Shown here: piece after piece, positions 17,166-25,563 of the stretch
Layout: each line of letters starts with the position of its first letter
How positions within the stretch are numbered: the first letter of the stretch is position 1
Translations under genes and position numbers: made by a program
From: a virus
Reading direction: 5' to 3' (one strand)
DNA length: 64,000 bases
IMG/VR virus record: IMGVR_UViG_3300032286_000510
Location: 1-64,000 of that record
Notes under the pieces: generated by a model
The model's database searches: none
What the model was told of the DNA's origin: nothing
What the model saw: the letters and a program-made list of their open reading frames with translations, nothing else

Positions 17166-17182
17166 ACATAGGTAATCAACAA

Positions 17183-17301
17183 AAGATCAGTCAGCAACAC
17201 AAGACACTTTTCATGTAAGAAAACTCGTAAAAACTGATCTTGTAATAAAGTTAATTCAGCAACACAACTTGAACTTCTAAACTCAAACAAAACATTAACT
17301 T
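17183..17301 (+). ncRNA. two CAGCAA hairpins in the 5' leader of the TROVE-like gene
   Basis: AAGATCAGT/ACTGATCTT and AAGTTAAT/ATTAACTT stems, each followed by TCAGCAACACAA. Confidence 0.6.
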
Positions 17302-17311
17302 GGAGAAAATT

Positions 17312-18781
17312 ATGACTTTCCTGACCGCACTTGAAACTGAACTGAACACCACTGAAACTCTCAATGGTGCCAAAGCATACAAATCCACTCTCAACAAATG
17401 TGTAGATCTTTTTGGTAAAATTGGTGCTTGCCGTAATGACATTCCACAAGCAAAAAAACTATTTGCTTACGCATTCAAAGAAGATCCAGAGACTGCTACT
17501 CGTATCCTATTTTGGGTAAGAGACATTAGGGGTGGTGGACAAGGAGAACGTGAAATCTTCCGTAATCTCTTCAAAGACCTTGTGAATGGAAATAGTGAAA
17601 TTGCCACTAAACTTGTGGAACTCATTCCTGTTTATGGTCGTTGGGATGACCTTCTGATTCTTGAAGGCACTTCCGTCTGGGATAATGTCGTGAATGTTAT
17701 CGTCAATCAACTTCGCAAAGATGATGTTGCTCTGACCGCAGGGGAGAATGTTTCTCTGCTTGGTAAGTGGATGCCTTCTATCAATGCTTCTAGTGCTGAT
17801 AGCAAACGTCTTGGTCGTGTGTTCGCAAAACGTCTTGAACTGAACGAACGTCAGTATCGTAAGTTCCTGACTGCTCTTCGTTCTCAAATTAAAATTGTGG
17901 AACAGAAGATGTGTTCCAAAGAATGGTCTGAGATTGACTACGAACATCTTCCTTCTCGTGCTGGATTTATGTATCGTAAGGCATTCGCAAAGCAGGATGC
18001 TACTCGTTACGCAGAATATCTGAGTGCCGTGGAGAAAGGTGATAAGAAAATCAATGCCGGAACCATCTATCCTTATGAGATTGTAGAAAAATATCTCTAT
18101 AAAGGTGGCAGTCAAGATAAGACTATTGACCTGATGTGGGAGGCACTGCCTAACTATATGGAAGGTCAAGAACTCAATGGTCTTGTGGTTGCCGATGTTT
18201 CTGGTAGTATGATGGGAACTCCAATGGCAGTTTCTATCTCTCTTGCGATGTATATTGCCGAACGCAATACTGGTATTTGGAAAAATAAGTTCATCACTTT
18301 CACCGAATGTCCTGAACTTCAATCCATCGTCGGTAATACTATCGGTGATCGTATTCGCAATCTTGCCAATTCTTCTTGGGGATACAATACTGACCTCAAA
18401 GCAGTATTTGAAAGTGTTCTGAATGCCGGAATCAAGAATAATGTTCCTGACGCAGAAATGCCTAAGAAACTTATCATTGTTTCTGATATGCAGTTTGACC
18501 AAGCATGTGCTTCTAACAAACGCACCAACTTTGAGCAAATTCAGAAGATGTATCGTAAAGCAGGATATGAGATGCCTGAACTGGTTTTCTGGAATGTGAA
18601 TGCGATTGGGGGCAATGTTCCTATGACCATTCACGATACTGGTACTTGTCTGGTGTCTGGTTGTTCTCCTTCCATCCTGAAAAGTGTTCTGAGTGGTAAA
18701 ACTATCACTCCTGTGGATGTAATGAAGGATGCGGTGTATGCCGAACGTTATGATAAAATTGGGGAAGTGTTCGGTTCCTAA
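17312..18781 (+). CDS. Ro60/TROVE-like protein with C-terminal vWA domain (DUF2828 family)
   Basis: TLNGAKAYKSTLNKCVDLF, RDIRGGGQGER, YGRWDDL, GKWMP, MIDAS DVSGSM, SDMQFD, VFWNV; GGAG SD favours ATG 17312. Confidence 0.88.
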   Translation: MTFLTALETELNTTETLNGAKAYKSTLNKCVDLFGKIGACRNDIPQAKKLFAYAFKEDPETATRILFWVRDIRGGGQGEREIFRNLFKDLVNGNSEIATKLVELIPVYGRWDDLLILEGTSVWDNVVNVIVNQLRKDDVALTAGENVSLLGKWMPSINASSADSKRLGRVFAKRLELNERQYRKFLTALRSQIKIVEQKMCSKEWSEIDYEHLPSRAGFMYRKAFAKQDATRYAEYLSAVEKGDKKINAGTIYPYEIVEKYLYKGGSQDKTIDLMWEALPNYMEGQELNGLVVADVSGSMMGTPMAVSISLAMYIAERNTGIWKNKFITFTECPELQSIVGNTIGDRIRNLANSSWGYNTDLKAVFESVLNAGIKNNVPDAEMPKKLIIVSDMQFDQACASNKRTNFEQIQKMYRKAGYEMPELVFWNVNAIGGNVPMTIHDTGTCLVSGCSPSILKSVLSGKTITPVDVMKDAVYAERYDKIGEVFGS

Positions 18782-18797
18782 ACTGGCACAAGGGGGG

Positions 18798-18827
18798 TTG
18801 ACAGAAACCCCCAACCTATGATATAAT
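18798..18827 (+). promoter_or_regulatory. sigma70-type promoter for ncRNA array
   Basis: TTGACA-18-TATAAT with extended -10 TG; second TTGAAA-17-TATAAT at 18956-18984. Confidence 0.7.
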
Positions 18828-18835
18828 ACATACAA

Positions 18836-19036
18836 TAGATGGTTCAGCAATTTACCCATTTTATAGGAAAAACAACCATCTAGCAAACAAAGGTCTCTCA
18901 GCATTTCAATTTTCTCCTAACTCAAATCTGGGATTTGAAAAACCTCAGTGAGACCTTGAAAAAACTTTCAATCCGTGATATAATTTTATAGATGATTCAG
19001 CAATTAACTGCTTGGTTATGCAAACAAAATCATCTA
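18836..19036 (+). ncRNA. array of three CAGCA(A) hairpin RNAs
   Basis: 18836-18882, 18890-18957 and 18989-19036: 8-9 bp stems each followed by TCAGCA. Confidence 0.65.
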
Positions 19037-19042
19037 GTTCAA

Positions 19043-19155
19043 AGGAAGGTAGCTCAGCTGGATAGAGCAACGTAAAATATATCTTGTCAAGATATTCACA
19101 GCAATTAAACCGCATTGTAAGCCGTTTGTCGCAGGTTCAAGTCCTGCCCTTCCTA
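19043..19155 (+). ncRNA. tRNA-like RNA with 39-nt CAGCAA insertion in the anticodon stem (loop ATTGTAA)
   Basis: AGGAAGG/CCTTCCT acceptor, canonical D and T arms, ACG-[insert]-GC-ATTGTAA-GCCGT. Confidence 0.75.
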
Positions 19156-19246
19156 TATCAAAACCAGTTCTCAAACTGGCACACTGAGACCCCCGCAAAG
19201 GGGTCTTTTGCTGTATAATACAAACACATTCAAGGAGGAACCTCAC

Positions 19247-19642
19247 ATTTCTACTCGTTCTCGCATTGGTCTTCAACTTTCTGATGGTTCTGTTCTATCA
19301 GTATATCACCATTGGAATGGATATCCTGAATGGTTGGGACGTATTTTGAATACTCACTACAACGCAAAATCTCTTGCCGAAGAACTGATTGATGGTGGTG
19401 ATATGAGCATCTGTTGGACTGATGAACGATGGGATGATAGTGGTGTGGAAGGTGTTTATGGTCCCAATTATTATGCCCTCCGTGGTGATGATTGTCCTCC
19501 TCGTCTTGATGCTAATTTGATTGAGTATCTCGGTGATAATGAGGAATATGCTTACCTCTTTACTAATGGTGAATGGGTATGCTATGAACTTGGTGAAACC
19601 CCTGAAATTGTTGAAATTCCAAATGGAGCATTGATGGTATGA
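19247..19642 (+). CDS. conserved phage protein (STRSRIG/YHHWxGYP family) with ATT at the expected start
   Basis: AGGAGG at 19233-38, then ATT TCT ACT CGT. Confidence 0.6.
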   Translation: MSTRSRIGLQLSDGSVLSVYHHWNGYPEWLGRILNTHYNAKSLAEELIDGGDMSICWTDERWDDSGVEGVYGPNYYALRGDDCPPRLDANLIEYLGDNEEYAYLFTNGEWVCYELGETPEIVEIPNGALMV

Positions 19643-19842
19643 TTAAAGAAAAACGTAAGATTATTTCAGTTGAACCCATTACTTCAATCGCACAAACTAG
19701 ATTTAAAGAAGAAATGGATTTACTGACTTCCTGTTATGTGGAAGATGAAAATGAAACACAAGTATTTCTTTGTTCTGTGAATAAGAAATACAAGTTCATT
19801 ATGAATAAAAACGAAGACAAGAACTGGAGAATCGTAAAGTGA
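19639..19842 (+). CDS. hypothetical protein
   Basis: ATGA-coupled ORF. Confidence 0.65.
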   Translation: MIKEKRKIISVEPITSIAQTRFKEEMDLLTSCYVEDENETQVFLCSVNKKYKFIMNKNEDKNWRIVK

Positions 19843-19922
19843 TGTGCCAGTTGTAGAGGTGGCACACTAAACGAGCACAGACCCCAAAATGCCCTATAAT
19901 AAGGAGACACAAGCAGAGGAAA

Positions 19923-20222
19923 ATGTCTAGCATTGATATTCACGCAACCATCACAAAACCAATTGATGAATTAGAGAATGACATTTTCTTCTCTTTGGAT
20001 AAAGAACAACTAAAAGATTTCATTTGTTCTTTGGAAGAGAAAGTTGGTTCTGTTGATTTCACACTACAACTTACCAAAAGACTTGTAGGTGGATTGATTG
20101 ATTTCTACAAATGTTATATCGCAGATACGGATTGTGATAAAGGACTTACTTATCATAATGAGTATGTATGGCAATATAAAAAATTAGATGCTATTCTAAA
20201 CATTCTTAATGACATCCGATGA
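19923..20222 (+). CDS. hypothetical protein
   Basis: GAGGA SD after promoter cassette. Confidence 0.7.
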   Translation: MSSIDIHATITKPIDELENDIFFSLDKEQLKDFICSLEEKVGSVDFTLQLTKRLVGGLIDFYKCYIADTDCDKGLTYHNEYVWQYKKLDAILNILNDIR

Positions 20223-20482
20223 CCACTTCAAATCTTTCTAAAATCAAGACAAAACTTCGCACCGAAGGTCGTGTATCTGGTAACTTTGGCAAAAACAAAG
20301 TAAAGGCAGGAAGTCCTATTACAGGAATTGGTGTTACAAACGCAAAGGTAGTCAATATCACAACTACTAATGATTATCTAACCAAAATGTATTATGTGTT
20401 AGATAATGCGACTGATTCTAAAATGAAACAGTTTGCTTATAATGAAATCAAAAAAATTCTTGTTCAACGAGGTGAATGGTAA
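20219..20482 (+). CDS. hypothetical protein
   Basis: ATGA-coupled ORF. Confidence 0.7.
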   Translation: MTTSNLSKIKTKLRTEGRVSGNFGKNKVKAGSPITGIGVTNAKVVNITTTNDYLTKMYYVLDNATDSKMKQFAYNEIKKILVQRGEW

Positions 20483-20748
20483 TGGAACTTTCTACACAAA
20501 AACTGGAACGGATTTACAAAGAGTTGAAGGAGATTGTGAAGTTTGAAAACTCACTTCATATGATGGATATGACCCTCAATCAAACTGATGTGAATACTCT
20601 TGAAGAAGTGATTTCTATGATTGAAGACATCGTGAATTATGACCCAACACCTTATTATCTTTATGATAATTCTGGTGGGGAACCTCTTATGACTGCGAAT
20701 GAAAGACTTTCTGCTGCTTGGCAAGAACACCTAAATCTTCATTCTTGA
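20476..20748 (+). CDS. hypothetical protein
   Basis: GAGG SD; overlaps upstream stop. Confidence 0.7.
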   Translation: MVMELSTQKLERIYKELKEIVKFENSLHMMDMTLNQTDVNTLEEVISMIEDIVNYDPTPYYLYDNSGGEPLMTANERLSAAWQEHLNLHS

Positions 20749-20775
20749 TAAATACATAAAAAAGTATTTGTAAAG

Positions 20776-21420
20776 ATGAACTCACAAGACCTTCACAATC
20801 TTCAAGAAGCTTATATGGATGTTTATGGGGAAGAAACAAATTCAATGCGTCTTCCTGGAGAAACACGCAGACAATATAAAAAACATCAAGAAAGAAATCA
20901 ACAATTACTAGATGATAAGGACAGTAGAAAAAAAGACAGAGCAAGAAATAAAAATCCATTATTTATTGGTAAAGATGGTAAAATAACTAAAACTCAAAGA
21001 GAAGAAACAGACCTTTACGACATCATTCTTTCACACTTACTTGATGAAGGTTATGCTGAAACACAAGAACAAGCAGAAGTCATTATGGTGAATATGAGTG
21101 AAGATTGGAGGGAAAGTATTGTGGATGTTTATGGACTTGATGAAGAAATAACTCCAGAAAAAAGAGAACGATTTAAAAAAATTCTTTCGGTTAGACAATC
21201 AAATCAAGAAACTTACTTTGGTAAAAAAAGACCAAGAAAAAGAGCAACCCCACCACAACCAGGAGCAGACTATTATAGACAAGGAATGACGCCAGATGAT
21301 CGTTATAATAGAAGAGATCTTGCGAGAGAAGAAAATCCAGAAATACCAGAAGGTGAAGGCACAATAACCAAAAATCCAAAGAAACTTCGTAAACAAAAAG
21401 CAATGGGTGAGCACGGATGA
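20776..21420 (+). CDS. late protein, DLYDIILSHLLDEGY repeat-domain family
   Basis: N-terminus MNSQDLHNLQEAY shared with 3580; late promoter. Confidence 0.75.
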   Translation: MNSQDLHNLQEAYMDVYGEETNSMRLPGETRRQYKKHQERNQQLLDDKDSRKKDRARNKNPLFIGKDGKITKTQREETDLYDIILSHLLDEGYAETQEQAEVIMVNMSEDWRESIVDVYGLDEEITPEKRERFKKILSVRQSNQETYFGKKRPRKRATPPQPGADYYRQGMTPDDRYNRRDLAREENPEIPEGEGTITKNPKKLRKQKAMGEHG

Positions 21421-21521
21421 GACCACTTCCCAAACTGGCACACTAAACCGGCACAGACCCCAAAACGTGGTATATTAAGGGAGTGGTCAAAGCAGACCAC
21501 TCTTTTTTATTTCTAACTAAA

Positions 21522-21776
21522 ATGGAACAAACTTTTGGATTTCCTCCTGTTGATGGTTTTTACAACTCCCTGAGGAAACTTGATTATGTAAAACTTGGTG
21601 AAGATTTTATCTTCATTCTTGCTACAATTTGTGCGGTTGTGGTTGGTGTTGTATCTTATGCCTACACCGCATTTCAGTTGTATTGGAATGATAATGGTGA
21701 AAGTATTGTAAATAGTATTACGACAAACACTAATCGTGTTGTTGATTTTTTCTTTTACAATTCAACCGACCAGTGA
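21522..21776 (+). CDS. small membrane protein
   Basis: One TM segment; after promoter cassette. Confidence 0.65.
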   Translation: MEQTFGFPPVDGFYNSLRKLDYVKLGEDFIFILATICAVVVGVVSYAYTAFQLYWNDNGESIVNSITTNTNRVVDFFFYNSTDQ

Positions 21777-21863
21777 TTGCCTTGGGACAGTTCAGCAACC
21801 GTCCCTTCACACTTGATTCCGCACTCAAAAGGTGCTATACTAACAGAGTTCACAAACAAGCAA

Positions 21864-21989
21864 ATGCCTCAAACACTAGATTTCACCGGAAACTGGATTA
21901 CATTCCTAGGTTTTATCGGTATAGCATCAACTGCTCTCATCGTCTTCACTTCTTTTCGTCGTTTTCATAATTCTCCTCTACGCAAATGA
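21864..21989 (+). CDS. small membrane peptide
   Basis: MPQTLDFTGNWITFLGFIGIA...; after TGCTATACT. Confidence 0.55.
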   Translation: MPQTLDFTGNWITFLGFIGIASTALIVFTSFRRFHNSPLRK

Positions 21990-22204
21990 TTTACGACAAA
22001 AGTCTTTCTGAATACGAAAAAGACCTGAAAGAATCAAAAAAGAAGTATGAAAAACTTCTCAAACAAATGAAGAAAGCAAGGTCGGAGCATCAGTATTACA
22101 ATCTTTATGATGAAGCAGAACTTCTTTATGAAGATATTGCCGACCTTCAACTACGAATTGCTGACCTCCGTAAGCAAAAGAAACTACAATCCAACTTGTT
22201 CTAA
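21986..22204 (+). CDS. coiled-coil hypothetical protein
   Basis: ATGA-coupled ORF. Confidence 0.65.
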   Translation: MIYDKSLSEYEKDLKESKKKYEKLLKQMKKARSEHQYYNLYDEAELLYEDIADLQLRIADLRKQKKLQSNLF

Positions 22205-22891
22205 TAAAACAAATCCTTTATGTTGTTTTCTTTTTCCATTTAGGGTATTCATAATGTTAGAACGATAAAGCATCTTATCTTTACAGAAAGCATTTAAATT
22301 ATTAGTTTCGTAAATTTTAGATTCTTCAATTGAATATATTTTGTAATTGTATTTCAATTGTGAATCACTTTTTTTTCTTCTAGTTTCTTCTGATGGATTT
22401 TTATTTCTCTCACTTATTTTCTTTCTAGTTTCATCACTTATATTTTTCTTCGCTTCACTCATTTTTCTTTTGGTTTCTTCTGAAAGAGTTTTGCCTTTAT
22501 TTGCTTCACTTATTTTTTTTCTGGTTTCTTTTGATGGATTTTTATTTGATTCACTAATTTTTTTTCTCGTTTCTTCTGAACGAGTTCTTTCTCTCTGCTT
22601 TCTTTTCCATTCATCACTCATTATAGCACCAGAAGAACCTTCACCACCATTAGTTCTATTAAGAAGAATACCTGTTCCTAAATCTTTTCTACCAAACACA
22701 GCAATCATATAGACCTCGTGCCTAAATGCTTCTTCTTCGGTTAAGTTCTGTTTTAGAATAAGTATTCTAGATTTATCTTTTGGTGGTTTGATGCCTTTAT
22801 ATCTTCTTCTATATGCCCTATTACCTTTTCCTTTGCCTATGTAATAGGGTGTCTTATCTTCACGCAAGAATGCGTAAGTGTAGTATTCCAT
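22184..22891 (-). CDS. GIY-YIG homing endonuclease with NUMOD3 repeats
   Basis: YYTYAFLRED..PYYIGKG; NRTNGGEG; repeated SEETRKKISE. Confidence 0.88.
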   Translation of the reverse strand: MEYYTYAFLREDKTPYYIGKGKGNRAYRRRYKGIKPPKDKSRILILKQNLTEEEAFRHEVYMIAVFGRKDLGTGILLNRTNGGEGSSGAIMSDEWKRKQRERTRSEETRKKISESNKNPSKETRKKISEANKGKTLSEETKRKMSEAKKNISDETRKKISERNKNPSEETRRKKSDSQLKYNYKIYSIEESKIYETNNLNAFCKDKMLYRSNIMNTLNGKRKQHKGFVLLEQVGL

Positions 22892-22987
22892 CTGCTTTAC
22901 TTGTGGTTATATCTATTTATACAAGAAAGAGGTCAAAAATGACCCCTCTCTCTGCTTAAATAACCACAAGTAAGCAGTATTATTTAT
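22892..22987 (-). promoter_or_regulatory. late promoter/antisense sRNA/terminator/late promoter module
   Basis: Minus strand: ATAAATA, CTGCTTACTTGTGGTTA, hairpin, TATAAATA, TAACCACAAGTAAAGCAG-ATG. Confidence 0.65.
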
Positions 22988-22994
22988 TCCTATT

Positions 22995-23249
22995 ATGACT
23001 GACCTTTACCAAGAAATTTTGGAGTTTGATAAAATGAACCTTGATCTTGACCAACTGATTGAAGATTATGCTACTGACATCGTAGAAGGAATGGACCTTG
23101 ATACTTTGGTTCAATTTGCCTATGATGTGATTGTAGAGGGTCTAGAAGATATGAGTGTTAATGAGATTCTGGAACAAGTTGAAGAAAATGCTCCGCATCT
23201 TCTGGAAGAATTGGACGTGATTGTTCCAGATGTTGAACCGGCACAGTAA
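22995..23249 (+). CDS. highly acidic hypothetical protein
   Basis: Paralog of 32400 (Y...I...MD.D....AYD). Confidence 0.7.
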   Translation: MTDLYQEILEFDKMNLDLDQLIEDYATDIVEGMDLDTLVQFAYDVIVEGLEDMSVNEILEQVEENAPHLLEELDVIVPDVEPAQ

Positions 23250-23574
23250 AACAGCACAGACCCTCAAACCTGCTATAATTACTTCATAATCAATCAAAAA
23301 CCTACGATGATTCGTGATTCTTCTGATCTTTATCAAACTTCTTATGAACGTTTGAGAGACACTTGCCATGGTCTAATGAAACACTACAACCTTATGTTGT
23401 GTTGGCCTTCTAATAATGAAGTTGATAACTTATTTTTTCAAGAGAAGTTTAATCAACACAAGTTCTACGAAGTTTGATTAGTCCTTGTGCCACTTCTTCT
23501 GGTGGCACACTGACCCTTGCCAAGATCCCCCCAAACGTGTTATGATGACTACATCAACAGTTAGAGGTGACACG

Positions 23575-23712
23575 ATGATTGAAACTTCTCTTATTCTTCA
23601 CGATGATCTTGAGACTTTTGCTCAATATCTTGGTGTAGATTATGAAGACTACTACGAACTTTATCTTGGCATCGTTCAAGATGAAGAAGATGAAAGTCTA
23701 ATTACTGTTTGA
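23575..23712 (+). CDS. small acidic protein
   Basis: GAGG SD after promoter cassette. Confidence 0.6.
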   Translation: MIETSLILHDDLETFAQYLGVDYEDYYELYLGIVQDEEDESLITV

Positions 23713-23773
23713 TGATTATAGTCCTGGGATGACTTAAAAAGCACCAAAACCCTTCACTTTACTTTCTTACATA

Positions 23774-24007
23774 ATGACTGCTCCTGCTTCTTTGATTGCT
23801 CTTGCTGCCGAACTCGTGAATACGAATCCTGCTGCTTCTCAACTGATTGTGAATCTTGGTAATGCTGAAACTGGTGATGAAGTGCTTGAAGCACTGAACA
23901 CCTATGATGAATCCATTCTTGATTCTCTGGAACCTGTTGATGAAGATGAAGATGAAGATGAGACTGATGAAGTTGAAGTTGATGAAACTGAACTCGTTGC
24001 TGTCTGA
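23774..24007 (+). CDS. acidic hypothetical protein
   Basis: 77 aa, D/E-rich tail; terminator follows. Confidence 0.7.
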   Translation: MTAPASLIALAAELVNTNPAASQLIVNLGNAETGDEVLEALNTYDESILDSLEPVDEDEDEDETDEVEVDETELVAV

Positions 24008-24045
24008 TAAGTAATATCAGGGAGAGAGAAATCTCTTCCTTTCTT

Positions 24046-24119
24046 GTCTCAGTAGCTCAGATGGATAGAGCATCTCACTTCTAATGAGTAGGTCGGGGGT
24101 TCAAGTCCCTCCTGAGACG
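24046..24119 (+). tRNA. tRNA-Arg(TCT)
   Basis: GTCTCAG/CTGAGAC; loop CTTCTAA. Confidence 0.92.
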
Positions 24120-24142
24120 TTATACAAACACCCTTCAAGACA

Positions 24143-24913
24143 ATGAAACTCAAACTATTAAGTGACCTTCACCTTGAGCACTATTGTGCTGGACAATACT
24201 TTGACCCAGGAGAAGGTGATGTTTTAGTTCTTGCTGGTGATATTCTTTGTGCCAAGCACTTGAAGAAGAATGGTTATCTTGCCGAAGTGTATGAAAAGTT
24301 CCTGACTGATTGTAGCAAGAACTATCAAAAGGTTCTCTATGTGAAAGGAAATCACGAGGCATATGGATATAATTACGAAGGAACACACAAAACCATTCAG
24401 GAGCATCTTCCTGATAACTTTCAGTTGATGGAGAATGATACAGTTACGATTGATAACTGGAACTTTATTGGTTTCACATTCTGGACTGATTTTCGTAATG
24501 AGAATCCATTAGAAATGATGTATGCTCAACAGTATATGAATGATTACAAAGTCATTCGCATTACTTCCAATTTCCGTAAGTTGAATACAAATGATACTCT
24601 TGGTTTTCATAAGAAGAGCAAGGAGTATCTTCTCAATCAACTTCAAGAATTGAATGAGAATGTATTCGTCATTAGTCATATGGCACCGAGTTATCAATCG
24701 GTTGCTCCTCAATTCAAGAACACGGAAAATGGTGCCTTTGTAAGTGATTTGGATGATTTGATTTTAAGTTATCCTCAAATCAAATACTGGTGTCATGGTC
24801 ATGTCCATTCGTATTTTAACTATAATATTGGGGGATGTAAAATTCTATGTAATCCTGGTGGTTATCCTGGTCAGGACACAGGATTTAATCCAAATTTGAT
24901 TTTGGGCATCTAG
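24143..24913 (+). CDS. calcineurin-like metallophosphoesterase
   Basis: SDLHLE, LAGDI, GNHE, HMAP, HGHVH. Confidence 0.9.
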   Translation: MKLKLLSDLHLEHYCAGQYFDPGEGDVLVLAGDILCAKHLKKNGYLAEVYEKFLTDCSKNYQKVLYVKGNHEAYGYNYEGTHKTIQEHLPDNFQLMENDTVTIDNWNFIGFTFWTDFRNENPLEMMYAQQYMNDYKVIRITSNFRKLNTNDTLGFHKKSKEYLLNQLQELNENVFVISHMAPSYQSVAPQFKNTENGAFVSDLDDLILSYPQIKYWCHGHVHSYFNYNIGGCKILCNPGGYPGQDTGFNPNLILGI

Positions 24914-24962
24914 ATATAATGGGAATACTTATTCTCAATTACAAACATTACTAAAAAGGTCG

Positions 24963-25439
24963 ATGGATTACTTAAAGATTGAACCAAATCAAACAATACT
25001 TGTTCTTAATGCTTCTTATGAACCTCTAAATTTCATAAATTGGAGGAGAGCAGTTGTGTTGCTTATTAAGAACAAGGCACAGGCACTCGGCAAAAGAGTT
25101 ATCCGTTTGGTTAATTACATTAAGATACCATACAAAAAACTAATGCAAAATAAACCATCACGAACAATGATTTATAAACGTGATGGTCACAAATGCCAGT
25201 ATTGTGGTTCTACAAGAAATCTCACAATAGATCACATCTTTCCAACTTCTAAAGGTGGTGGTAATACTTGGGAAAACCTAGTAGTTGCTTGTATGCCTTG
25301 TAATACAAGGAAAGGTGATAAACTATTGGAAGAAACCAATTTAATTCTTGATACTATTCCAAAGAAACCATTTAACAAAATGTTGTTTTCTTTGGATAGA
25401 ACAGATGTTGATGAATGGAAAAAGTATTCTTATAACTGA
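24963..25439 (+). CDS. HNH endonuclease (McrA-like)
   Basis: LVLNASYEP; RDGHKCQYCG...TIDHIFP...NLVVACMPCN. Confidence 0.9.
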   Translation: MDYLKIEPNQTILVLNASYEPLNFINWRRAVVLLIKNKAQALGKRVIRLVNYIKIPYKKLMQNKPSRTMIYKRDGHKCQYCGSTRNLTIDHIFPTSKGGGNTWENLVVACMPCNTRKGDKLLEETNLILDTIPKKPFNKMLFSLDRTDVDEWKKYSYN

Positions 25440-25458
25440 TAATTGAGAATTGTAATGA

Positions 25459-25563
25459 CTAAATACTAATGCCTTAGTTGGGTCGTATCTTCTCAGGTGA
25501 AAAGGGGCATTTCTGCCCCTTTTCTTGTATAAATACTAATACGACCCAATATAAAGAGCAGAA
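25459..25563 (+). promoter_or_regulatory. late promoter/antisense sRNA/terminator/late promoter module
   Basis: CTAAATA, TTGGGTCGTAT, AAAAGGGGCA/TGCCCCTTTT, TATAAATA, ATACGACCCAA. Confidence 0.65.

Noticed and set aside
17507-18904. 465-aa minus-strand ORF
   Set aside because: Antisense shadow of the TROVE-like gene; no motifs or SD
19070-19112. Group I intron in a tRNA
   Set aside because: 39 nt, no catalytic core, and not at an anticodon-loop position
22347-22712. Hydrophobic repetitive ORF (also 25986-26276 and 29604-30035)
   Set aside because: Antisense reading of Lys/Glu-rich endonuclease repeats
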